64,000 bases of DNA, taken from contig JBPGPT010000002.1 in assembly GCA_051047955.1 (NCBI GenBank), positions 1,054,001-1,118,000 on the forward strand, read 5' to 3'. A program made the position numbers and the translations under genes. Below the pieces are notes generated by a model. It ran no database searches and was not told the DNA's origin. It worked only from the letters and a program-made list of their open reading frames with translations. The DNA is from Cystobasidiomycetes sp. EMM_F5 (lineage: Eukaryota). Shown here in pieces: positions 47,596-59,660 of this stretch (positions are counted from its first letter, which is position 1; each line of letters opens with the position of its first letter).

Positions 47596-48616
47596 CTATG
47601 TGTACCGCGTTCTGTCTGTTGGCGAGTACACCGAGACTGGAACCGACTGGCGAGCCAGCGTATTTGGATGCGGCATCTCATTGTAGTAGTATGGATCCCT
47701 GGCGGTACCAGACAAGTCATCAGACTACCTTCTCGACTGACCACCGATTCAATGCCACTCACTCTGGAGATGCCTCGGAAACGCTCGGTCCAGTATAGCT
47801 ATTGCCAACATTTACTCGAGTAGAATCCGGTTCACTCGGGAAAGGCGGATGCGCAGGCATACTACTTCCAGGTAGAGTCATGCCCACATAGCTGCTCGTA
47901 GACGGAGACGGAACGCTTCTGCCGCCAGCTGGGTCCATAGCTTCTATTTCGCGATGCGTGGACAGACTTGATCCGGCTTCCACACCTGCGAATGAGCCTG
48001 CTATCGAAGGTGGTTGCGTCGCATTGAAGTGTGGATACATCGAGTCTGTAAGTATGCGAGACCTTAGCACAGACGCACTGCGCCACGAGCAACGGTAAAT
48101 TTGCTCACTGTCTGCCGTAGGCATCGGAGCTCCAATTTGCATCATATTGCCGTTCTCAGTGTTGCCCGCTATGGCTTTCATGGCCTTGTTATGCCGCCAT
48201 TTCAAGAACCATGCGGTTAAGAAGCCGCCAATGAAGACGAAGGCCAGTCCAGCCACGCATATTGATAAAATGAGGTCTACGTGATTGGCAGACCAGCTAT
48301 ACAAACGTCGGATAAGATCCGAAGAATCAGCTCGTTTCCCCTTCACGTATGTTGCGTACCATCCTTACCTGTTGAATCTAGCATTGAGGGCCGATTCAGT
48401 CGCAGTAGCGGCCGCCTTGCTGTTTGTTGCAGTAGAGCTTTTCGCTTTTGCGTCAGCGGCCGTCGAGCTTTTAGGCGCTTTGCCATGTTTTGTTGTCGAT
48501 GTTGGCGTCGAATCATCGTCACCGTTACCCGCGTCAGCAGCGGCGGCGAGCAGTATGCAGAATTTTGAGTGCGTGAAGAGTGCGAGGGCGAGCCAGTATG
48601 TCCATTTGTGTACCAT
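47596..48616 (-). CDS. Hypothetical single-pass (type I) membrane protein
   Basis: Signal-like N-terminus, short Ser/Thr/Ala/Lys-rich ectodomain, TM LILSICVAGLAFVFIGGFLTAWFL followed by KWRHNK, and a Pro/Ser/Tyr-rich tail; 3 canonical introns. Confidence 0.65.
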
Positions 48617-48938
48617 CTCATTTGTATCGTCACAGTGAGCGGCATGCTATGGCGAGCCAGGTGTATACTGCATCGGCCAACGTTGGAGCAGGAAAGGCAT
48701 CGCCTGAGCGCATCGCCGCGGTCTCCATCATGACAAAGGCGCGTGTAGATCCGGAAGCGGGGCGGTTGTGACCGGGGAGTGGTGAGTGTATGCGGCACCC
48801 TTCGGGGAAAGCAAGCCGTCAGCCGTGAGGTCAGTGCATTCAGAATACGTCTTCATCTCAGCGCGAAAACGGTCGTCGTCAGTTATTCCTCCCGTCAGCT
48901 ATCCAGACCGTGAACGTCAGTCGAGCTCAGACTGCACC

Positions 48939-49586
48939 ATGGCAGGCTCAGGAGCCGCCTTCCGAACAGATGTGCAAGTCAAAACGTCTTTGACATCGGG
49001 ATTGCTGCCCGGGTCTGGCGGGAACCGTCGCGGGGAAAGGGCTGGTGGACCAGCTCGCGGCCAGGAAGCAGAAGCGACATCGGACGAATATCTCGCCAGA
49101 TTCGAAGAAGACTTGCACAAGAAGGTCGATACTGAGATTGGGACTCTGGTCGACGGATTGGCAGACTGCGTTGCCCTGGCAAAGGTTGGTCATTCTTTGA
49201 GTGAAGCTGACTTGAACGCTGATGAAACGAGATAACCCAGGTTGACGGAAACGACAAATACAAAGCTGCTCAGGGATCCGCAGAGATTGAACTAAAGGCA
49301 GAGACTATGGTGGGTCTCGCTGTTGCCCTTTTTCGCCCTAAGCTCATGCCAGCTCCGCACACATCGGCCCCGCTTTCAATACTGGCACAATGTCACATCG
49401 CAGATCAGAGCAACGGAAAACCTACTCTCGCTAAGTCATACCTTGAAGTTGCTGTTCCTCCTACATCAAGAAGACGCCGGGTCTGAGCGCGTCCACGCAA
49501 ACCAACAGGCAGCAGCGCGGCAGGAAGTACGCGAAGCAAAGCTGAGGGCTTCGCAGGCCCTGTCACACCTTCTCGCTAGGTCATAG
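48939..49586 (+). CDS. MED22: Mediator subunit 22 (Srb6/Surf5 family)
   Basis: VDTEIGTLVDGLADCVALAK|...AETM|IRATENLLSLSHTLKLLFLL resembles the Med22 helical core. Confidence 0.75.
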
Positions 49587-50149
49587 TCGTCACTGCTCTG
49601 GTATCAATGCACGCAATTCATGCCAAACATCGCAGTGGCTGCTTACGAAGCTGTGCTGTGCGGGACTCGAGCCCCATCGAATGAGCACGCAATAAGCGCA
49701 ACGATATCTCACAAGATCAATGACGGAGCAGTCTCGCCTGTCAAAGCCTGCGCCAACGGTCACAGCTGCGTCACGAGCTTCCTGCTGGCATTTGACAGGC
49801 CGCGATTTAGGCCGTCAGACACCCGACAGTGGATCACGATATAATCTGCGCTCCGATACACTTCATTGCAGCAGTCTCTGAAGTGTCCTGACGGCTTGAT
49901 GTGGCCGACTTGCAGTCCTGCCTGCCTTTGGTGTGTCTTCTCCGCCAAAATTGGAAGTCGGCACCTGGATCTTTGCCACACTGAAGGCGACCTCGCGTGG
50001 CATGGCTTCTCATTCACGAATGCAACAGGAAAGACGAGAATATGCTCTGTACAGGTCCAGATTGCGTTTGAAGCTTGTGGTTCTCTCTTGTGTCTCTTCG
50101 GCTTTTCGCCTCAAAGAGCGTGCACTTCAATCTGGACACACTATTGACC

Positions 50150-51880
50150 ATGTATACAACGTATCTGGCTGGCTTTACTTTGATAGCATCCTCCCTTGCG
50201 CTGCCGCAAGGTAAAACTCCTGCGGATCTCAAGCGAGCTGCTAGTACACCGTCGCAATTCACATTACCGCTCATCAACCTTGGCGACAACAAATATTTCG
50301 CGAGATCCCAGTTGGCCGGGCAAGATTTTGATTTCTTAATTGACACAGGAAGTGCCGAGTACGTGCAGGATTCTCTGCCGCGATTGACAGAGACTATCAT
50401 GACAGAGACTACCAGCTGACGTTACCCACCACAGTACATTTGTGCTGTCTCAGCCGCCTGATGGTGCCTATCCTCAAATCGCTCAGAGACCTACGGAATT
50501 ACTGTTGAATCTACTGGATAACAGCACCGCTCAAGGGGTCAAAGACTTGAATCTACCAACCAAGAATGTCTACGGTGGCCTGGAAGGCACTCCCGCCGCC
50601 ATCGTTTCGCAGTGCGTCAGAATCACGATATTTCACCCCAATCATTCATTGACGATGCGTGGTCTGATGCAGAGGCGCGCTACAAATGGCGCCCTTCTCT
50701 TTCAGCAATACTACGCTAGATCCCATCGACCATATCTTTACAAACGTGTGGCGACTTACACACTACGACCACCTCACAGCCTTGGTCGGACTCGGCTTTC
50801 CTGCAGGATCAGCAGCGTACGGCCGCGTCTTAGCCGCAGCATTCAATCAGACGAAGATGGCAATGACACAGCAGCAACAGCAGCAATATTTACCGATCGT
50901 CCCGCGATTGTTTGGCGCTGGTCAGATTGCTCAACCTATCTTTACCATCAGCCTTCAGGGTCTAAAGTCACTGTGGAATGATTCTTACACGCCTCACGAC
51001 CTTCAAAATGCCAGAGCCAACGTGGGCTCCTTGACCATCGGCGGCTTCCCGGACGGACAATCGTATGCCGTTTCAGCTGACTTCCGACGAACCATTGCTA
51101 ACGCCCTTTTTTCCATAGGAGCACAAGTTACAATTGGCAAAACGTAACAGTGTACCCTGCAACCAACGATACCATGGCTATCGGTGTACCGTCTTACATC
51201 GCTGCATCGTGGTCTGGTCACGTAGAAGAGATCTATTTAAACGGCATCAAGTTGCAAAATGTATCGCGTGTCAATCCCAGCGACGGAAGCATGATTCCGC
51301 AGCCGATGCTCATCGATACTGGAAACCCCACACTAGACTTTCCACCGGAATTAATGGCACAAATCGTACCGAATGGAGCCTACGCCAACAACGCCAACAA
51401 TGCGACTATCCCGTGCAGCACGGTTTTGCAGCTCACCATGCAGATCGAGTCAGTACAATTGACCACCGAAGCATGCTGTGCATTGACTGAGGAGACGCTC
51501 ATCTCCAACAGGGGCCGCAATTATACGCTTAATCCCAACGATACCGTCGTTCCCTCGCGCCGAGTCGGTTCTTATCTTTTACATACCAGCGCAAGCGACA
51601 CAGCTTACCTGTCTTTATCTCCGCAGGCTATTGACGGCCTCAGTATTGGCGGAGCTGCTGTGGACAACTGCCAGTTTGCTGGCCAGATTGATAAAGGCCT
51701 ATTCGTGCGTAGCCTCTAGAGCACTGGGCTTCGGGCCGCAATTTGATCTGACGCACTTTTGGCGAACAGGTTGGCGACGTGTTTTTACGCAGCATTGAGG
51801 TTGCAATGGATTACGGCGACATTTGGAATTCGCAGATATCGCCACCAAGAATAGGCTATCGCTCCACATATCAGCCTTGA
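50150..51880 (+). CDS. Secreted pepsin-like aspartic protease, paralog A
   Basis: Signal peptide and KR site; FDFLIDTGSA, ALVGLGF, GSLTIGG, MLIDTGNP, IPC and VGDVFLRS. Confidence 0.88.
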
Positions 51881-52552
51881 AAGACGTTAAGACGGTGTAA
51901 AGCTACGAGTGACTAGATTGAGATTATACAGACAGGAGATTGTAATTGTATGAAAGTGACTACATGCAATGCCTTTCTGGATGATCTTATATGTCGGCCA
52001 TCTGGTCTCAGTCGACGGCAACCCCACCAGTCTGCGAGTCGGGACATTCACAAATCCATGCACGCACAGGGAGCCAACACCGCTGTTTCAGTCTCCTAGC
52101 TGATTGGCGAGGGCTACAGTTTGCGATGGTATGGCTAGACGAGGTCTTGTCCAAATCGCAACCTCCGATAGTCTCCAAAGCCCTTCGATGCCCTTGTCCG
52201 AATCGGCTGCTAACGAATATGGCTGCGCAAGGCTGTACCAGGCTTCTGTCGTCTCGTTCGCTGCTTCGATACCGCCCTCGATGGCCCTGACCCAATCTGG
52301 CCTGCATTGGAAGGATACCTCTCCGCTTTCGGAAGCTGGTCCCCAAAAACAGGTCACAGCCGCTCGACCAACTCAAAGGAACTGACTGCTTGAATGGACA
52401 ATCTTGTCGGGCAATGGAGTGGCATTCGACGCGGCCAAGCTTACCGGCTTCCACCTCAACGCTGACGGTATCACTGATCTGATCCATATCTTTCTTCAGA
52501 CTCGACGACCTTGAAATACACACTCTCCACTCACTGACTTGTGCTGGCCATT

Positions 52553-54249
52553 ATGCGTTCTGGTGCCTGGATGAGCTTAGTGCTCACCTCGGGAGCCGTG
52601 GCACTTCCTCAAGGCAAATCATCTACCACTACAAAGCGTACCGTCCCGTCAACGTACACTCTTCCGCTCGTGAACCTTGGCGATAACAAGTACTACGTTG
52701 GAGGCCAGCTGGCTGGTCAAGACTTTGACTTTCTCATCGATACAGGAAGTGCCGAGTATGTACGAGCTCGTCGTACAGCATGAACGCCATGTGTGCTGAA
52801 CTCTGTCGTATTCATGTAGTACATGGGCCTACTCGCAAGCTCCTACTGGCTCATCACAAATCTCTCAAAAGCCCTCCGAGTTGCTATTAAACCTTTTCGA
52901 CAATAGTACAGCAAAGGGGGTGGTAACGACACCTATGCAGCTGAGAAATGCATACGGCGGTGGAAGCGGCGAGGATGACGACCCAAACTCGCTTGTCGTA
53001 CAGTAGGTGAATGCTTTCCTCGCATCATACCTTCTGCTAACACGGGAGCCGTAGCGGGACAATTCAGACAGCGCCCTTTTCAGTAGGGAAGGCTGCTTCT
53101 GATTTCGTCAGCGTAGCTTTCGCAAACATCTGGCGTTCAAGCGTATACGACCATTTCACGGCTATTGTCGGCCTCGGTTTCCCCACGATATCCACCGTCT
53201 ATGATATGGCGCTGGCGACGGCATACAACAAAACAAAAAAAGCTTTGACAAGACAAGAGCAGTTGCAATATTTGCCGTTTGTGCTGCGAATGTACAACGC
53301 AGGTCTCATTCCTCAAGCCATATTCACTTTCAACCTCAAGGGCTTGGGAAATCAATGGAATGATTCGTATACGCCTTACGATCTGCAGAATGCGCGCCAG
53401 AACATGGGCACGCTGAGCATTGGTGGTTTGCCGGAAGGAAGGTCGTACGTTGGCTATAGCCTAATCACCTATCCTACGTTTGCTAATGACTGCCCGGCAG
53501 AGGGACGGAGTATAATTGGCAGCAAGTTCCGGTATACCCATCAACTGATGATGAAATGGCAAGAGGCTATCCACCCCACTCTGCTCGTGCTTGGCGAGGA
53601 TTCGTGGAGGCAATCTATCTTAATGGCAAGAAGCTGGACAATGTAACACAGCCTGACGAAACTACAGGTGTTCTCGGACCGCGTCTCATGCTGGTCGATT
53701 CTGGAGATCCGACCATTGGCATTCCTGACGCAATCATCAGTCAGATCGTGCCGAACGGAGCCTATGCCAGCAACATCAAGAATGCCACAATCCCGTGCAG
53801 CACTGTCATTCGTTTGACTTTCCAGATAGGGTGCGTCCATTACGTAGGCTTCGGGTTGACTACTAGAAACTCAGTATGTATTGACAGGGGCATGAATTAC
53901 ACCATCAATCCAAACGACACGGTCATTCCGTCACGCCATGTTGGTCTTGCATATGTTCGCTAAAATCTAGCTGTACCGACTCAAAGCCGTATCTTCACCA
54001 AGGCCATCGATCCCGACAATGAAGGAGGCATTGCTACCACTGACTGCCAATTCGCTGGTCGCCCGGATGGTCTTACTGTCAGTGCATCCCTTGCAGTGAA
54101 TGGCTGTACTAGATAGCTGATGAAGACCCTTTATGCAGCTTGGCGACACATTCTTCCGCAGCGTAGAAATTGCGATGGACTACGGCGATGTCTGGAATGC
54201 TCAAAAATACCCACCAATGATTGGGTATCGGTCTACGTACAAGCCCTAA
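52553..54249 (+). CDS. Secreted pepsin-like aspartic protease, tandem paralog B
   Basis: Signal peptide and KR site; FDFLIDTGSADTW, AIVGLGF, GTLSIGG, MLVDSGDP and LGDTFFRS; same intron layout as paralog A. Confidence 0.88.
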
Positions 54250-54537
54250 GGTTCTATGCGAGTACCAGCCTGGAGACACACTGATTTGTATTGAAGAGTC
54301 TTGCGTCATCAATGAGTGCGCAATTATAGCCTTGGCTGTCAGACAAGTTGAAAATGCATGAACGACATAGTGTTGCGTCTCAACGCCGTATCACCACCTT
54401 GTAACAACGCCCGAAATATCATTTCGCTGCAACAATTCAGAGGAACTCTCATGAACGAGGTCGTCTTTGCAGCTTGAAGCCTGCTGAGTACGATGCGACA
54501 GCTGTCAACCCTCCGAGTGGTGTCTGCCCCTGTGAGC

Positions 54538-56529
54538 TTATCGTCTAGTCTCGTCTTTGGAATCGTACGAAGAGTCTGCAGACGTGAGGCAGGAGTCAAG
54601 TAAGCGCGCTGAGCAGGTGTCGAAGCGTGAAGCTTACCAATGGGACCAAGTAATAGCTTGACGAGCCACACTGCGCAATCCGGTGGTTAGAAGTGAGACT
54701 AAGATCATGTAAATGACAGAAATCTGCGCACGTTCTGGACTAAGGTCAACGCCTGTCTTCTTGCGCGTTTCGTCCGCTTCGAGTTCGTAATTTCTGGTTC
54801 CCAATCGATAACTGTCAGTGGCCATACGCCTTCACGACAATTCCGCGAACTTACGAGGTGCAATCGATACTGGATCAAGCAAGAACCGAGGTCAGCACAT
54901 TAAAAGACAGTGCTAAATACTACTCACAGTGGCCCGATTTGAGGGTTGGCGTCGAGCTCTTGCAAAAAGTCGCGGGCTGGAACGTCATTCCCTACGAGTC
55001 GCGGAGGGGTCATGAGCCACTGATATACAGCTGCGAATGGCCAAAAGCCTCACCGACTTGCGCAAACTGGAAAGAGATAGTGTCTGGTCCATAGCGGGTG
55101 CTGCGAAGAGCACTCACGGCGTTGGAAATGACTTGGGCAATGTGCATGCGCGATTCTCCGGCAGGCGCTCTACACATAGGATATGTCAGTACAGTCTTGT
55201 GCATTCAGGAAGCATGACGGACCCATCAGTAACCGTAATGATCAGGACAGGCTTGCGGAGCTGGTTGTTCCTGGCTGGCTGAATGACCATAGGACCCAGA
55301 ATCTTCTGGTCCATGCTGGTTCCTAGCGGCGTGAGACCGCCATACTGAATGCGCTGGATGAGTTGACTTGCTTGCTGTTCATTCGTAATGTTGTCGCCTC
55401 TCTCTTGCGAGTTCATGAACCTGACCGAAATGCCATCGTGATCGAAGAGGGATGTTGCGAACGCGACTCTATTGAGGATGAGCTTGAGGTCATCAATTCG
55501 GCTACCTTGTTCCTCGAATCTCATGCTACCACTGTCATCTAGGTAGAGAATGACATCGAACAGAGCAATCTTGGCGCAGTCAAAGGCAATCTCCTTTGGC
55601 AGGCGCCATTCTGCACTCAAACGATTCAGTGCACCAGACTGGACGATGCGTGCTGAGATCTGATCGAGACTGCCTGGTGGATAGAAAGCTTGTAATTCTG
55701 CAAGACTAGTGGGGTCAGCCAAAGTTGGGATGCTAAGAACGGACGCAACGCACTCTGGTCCATAACGCATTGATTCAAGATCTGTGTGATCATGCCCTGC
55801 TCGCCGGCACCACCTGACTGGCCACCATATCCACCTTGAGCTTGACCGCCATACTGTCCTGGAGCCTGTCCGTATTGGCCGGGTGGAGGCTGACCGTATT
55901 GTCCGGCTGGTGGTTGACCGTACTGTCCAGATGGAGGCTGTCCGTACCCTTGCTGGGGCGGCTGACCATATGCAGGCTGAGGCGGACGATAGGCACCCTG
56001 TTGAGAAGCGAAGACGCGTAGATGACAATGATGTCAGTTATGAATAGTCTCCTTATTGCTGCTGAAAGGCGTCTGGAGTCTCGTTGAGCCTTGCGACAGC
56101 ACTCCAATTGCACGCGCCATGTGCAGCGATAGAGTACTCGAATACGCAAAACTCACGGCTTGCGCTTGCCCGTGCTGAGGGTGTCCAGGCACGTTGCACG
56201 AATGGCTCACCTGGGGCGGTGCACCGTAGCCAGAGGGAGGCTGACCGTACGGCTGTCCTTGGTGCTGCTGTTGCGGCGGTTGGCCGTAGCCTGCGCCTGG
56301 AGCCTGCGGCCCGTAGCCGCCTGGTGCTTGACCGTAACCTCCAGCCTGACCTGGGAGGGGCATGGCTCCGCCATATCCGCCCATTCCGCCTTGCGCTTGG
56401 ACTGCAGCTAGCTGGAGGTCGTCAGTGCATGCACGATATCGTCGTTAGTGTCAGTCAAATCGCACACTGTCAGCGGTTTCTTTCGTAATTCCGGCTGTTC
56501 TGTGACCTCACCTTTGATGCCAGGCCCAT
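54538..56529 (-). CDS. vWA-domain protein with Gly/Gln/Pro/Tyr-rich N-terminus (RfeF-like fungal family)
   Basis: MGLASK|LAA start (possible N-myristoylation) and YGQP/GQYG repeats; MIDAS-like DDSGSM, TPLG, ITVTDG, FAQVGND and WLVKLLLGPIDSSYD. Confidence 0.82.
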
Positions 56530-56898
56530 GTTTACGAGTTGTAAATGGTCTTTGTCTTTTGTATTCGAGTATTCCGGAGCTCTGGATGGAGCAGAACCAA
56601 GCTGCGAATTGCCAGAATCACCGCCCTTTTGAATGTTTTCCTGCAGACCCGCTTGTCTCTGTCGGCGACGGGTGGACGTGCTTGGCCGCGAAACGACTGT
56701 ACAGCTTTCATGACAAATGGGCTTTGAAAGTGCTTAAATAGACTTAAAAGGTAGTTATAATGAATACTACGTGCTATGCGATTCCGTGCGCCTTGTTCCG
56801 ACGTCGGTGCGACTTCGACGAGGAATTCCAGGTTATCGAGGTCCGACCAGGTTGTCTTGCAACCAATCACTAACATTATATTTGGGGAAAAGCTGACA

Positions 56899-59367
56899 AT
56901 GACCACAACTTACGATTCCCATCTCAATCTAATCACAGACTTACTATCTCCTATCGAATTTCCACGCAGCTCTCTCACTTCCCTCGCTCATCATGTAGCC
57001 GTTCTCGACAATGTCGCGCTCGCGCATCTGGTTCAGACAATGGCCACATCCGCGGCGCTGTGGCCTGTATGTCCATCCAGGCCCTCTGCAGCGATGGATT
57101 CAGCAGACTCCGATACGGTCGCCGATTCATATTCCTCCTGGCTACATCTCGACGCTGCTCGTGCCAGAGACGTCTTCTATGCCATTGAGCACGGCATCAC
57201 GACTCGCTTCGATATCTTGAAGGCTGTGCACGGAAAAGGGTGGAAGGTCAGACGCAGGGTGTTCGAGACCATGCGGGTCATATATAATACACTTTCAACC
57301 TTACCGGTTAGTTCGACGCATGTCGCTAGCGCCAGTCTCGCGCGTCACCCTTTCGTGCCGATCGTAATTGCGAGCGCAGTAGCGAGCGCAGTGCAAAAAG
57401 CTCGTCAACAAAAGTCGAGCATAGTAGCGCAAAACCAGGCTCTCAAGGCGCAGGTGGCGAAATTGACGGTTGAAATATGGGCAACTGTCTTGCCTGTCCT
57501 CCCAAATCAGCCCCTCTACGATGTTTTTGATGGTAATTAGAATCACTTCAGACGCTGTAACGAGATCTAACGGATTCTCGTACACACAGACAATGACAGT
57601 TTGTTTGCGTGGTTGGTTATCAATGTGCTTTCCAACATGACAGCTGAACAGCTATCTCCGTTAGCTAGCGAAGTGAGTACTCTTGAGGTGTCGATCAAAC
57701 GTTTGTGCTGAATAAGCCATGCTATGGGCGTACCAGCCTTTCATCGACACATGCTTTGATGTTATTCGAGGTATCTTCCTACACGGTTCCCTTACACGAG
57801 ATCTAGCACTCGACACCGAGCGGACTTCGCAAGGCCTCATATGGAACCATGACTCTAAATCTTCCCGAGAGATCAGGCTTGTGACAGCGAACCCAATCTT
57901 CCAGTCTCTACAGCGTCTATCGCGAACATTAGGCATGGTGATCGAAAGCATCCCGATATCTACTGCTGCATCAGTGATCGGTATACAGCTCGAAGAGCTA
58001 AAGTATCTCGTCCACCGAATGTATGGCGACTGGTTAGCATGTGATTGGTCGCAAAGCGAGAACACTGCAGGGCTGCAGTCCGAAGTGCAGGGATGGCAGC
58101 AAATACAAAGAATCCACGACACCCTTCTGTTCACCTGCACCATGATATACTCATCTGTCGTTTCCATGGTCAACGCCCAATTGCCATCGCATTCAACGTC
58201 GTCTACGAATCGCGAAGCTGTTCACCATCTAGCAAGTATGGCATTACATACTTTTTCCTACCTGTACTTTGTGACAACGAAATTCGGCACGGAAGGCTTC
58301 GAAGCGTATCGGAGCTTGTGGTACGGGATGCTCGACCTCTTTGCGAAGGGTACCTCGGAACAAATCGATACCGCTGTTCGCTCTCTTGAACCACACTTTA
58401 TCAATCCTGCAGGTGCCGAAACAGTCGAGACAAATCCGATACTCCGGACTCGTGTAACGTACTATCTGAATGCAGTCGAGCAATTACTGCCGGTTTTGGA
58501 GGATGGCTATGTGGAAACGACTGTTCTCACTATAGCCAAACCGTAAGTAGCAGACAAGCCTTAGTATACACTGTAGGCTGATCTGTCAAATTCACAGATA
58601 TCTGGAAAGTAGTGAATATCGAGAAGCATCTGAAGCAGCTCATTCGGTACTACTGGCGATCTTCGCGAAAGGCAGGGCGGTATCTATTCCCCTAACACCG
58701 TGGTACTCACGTGTGCTCATAACTGTGAGTTCGGATAATGTGATGCTTTCAAATGGGTCAACTAAGGTGTATCTCTGTGTGCTGCCGACAGGGCTACCCG
58801 GATGCCCTCGATATAAGACAGCTTCGGTTGGCGTATACCACTATGGTGACCTGTATCTCCGAAGCGGATGAAGACGCGTTGGTGTGGTATTGCCTCGAGG
58901 ATCTGTGGACACAGGTCACATCGGTCGCAGCATCGCGACACGTACGGCGGAAAGCCGCCATCGACACGGTCGCGCATTCGCCTCAAGGCGGACATAGCAG
59001 TCCATCTATGGAAGTAAGCATGGAGAGCGCCGTTTCACAGCAAGATAGCGCAAGCCCTACAGAGAATGCAGCGACGACAGACATTGCTCTGCAATCTCCG
59101 CAAGGTGCTTGGATGCTCACTCTAATCGACCAAGCGTCCGCAGTCAAAGTCCAGCTCCTAGTACCGCTGCTAGACCGCATCGCCTGGATACTCATGACGG
59201 ATGATCTGATATCACCACCGCAAAGTCGAACAGCTCTCATTGTAATCTTGTTCAACACGATATCGGGAGGAATGGATATGACCAAACGGGAGGTGGCTGC
59301 CAAGTGGTGGTTGCAACATCGGCAGCAGTTCTATCCCAAACCGGTGCTACCGGCTGCTCGTTTGTAA
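56899..59367 (+). CDS. PEX8: Peroxin Pex8-like helical protein with C-terminal PTS1 (ARL); an alternative in-frame ATG lies at 56776
   Basis: Long alpha-helical protein; YYLNAVEQLL, EAAHSVLLAIF, QLRLAYTTMV, LIDQ and AAKWW; ends PAARL*. Confidence 0.7.
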
Positions 59368-59660
59368 ACCTCTTCATATCGGGCGCATCGTCCGATAATT
59401 GTCATACACGTACGCATCAGGTCAGCAGTAACCACTCCGCTCGTACTTACCTGTTGTATGGCCATTTATGCGTGATTTGCAGAATCGACACTCGAAAAGA
59501 AATGTTGCATTGCTAAAGAAACGAGCCGAACAAAGGGACAAACGACAAGTGGTGTACGGCAACATATAGGGCTCAACAGACAGTCCGAAGAACGACAAAA
59601 TGGTGACGAATGCCCATGCGAGTCTGCGGAGAATCGATAAAAGCGAAGACTTGGGATCTC

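Noticed and set aside
51900..52540. 171-aa minus-strand ORF between the protease paralogs
   Set aside because: Non-ATG start, random-looking composition, and it lies in the paralog B promoter region.
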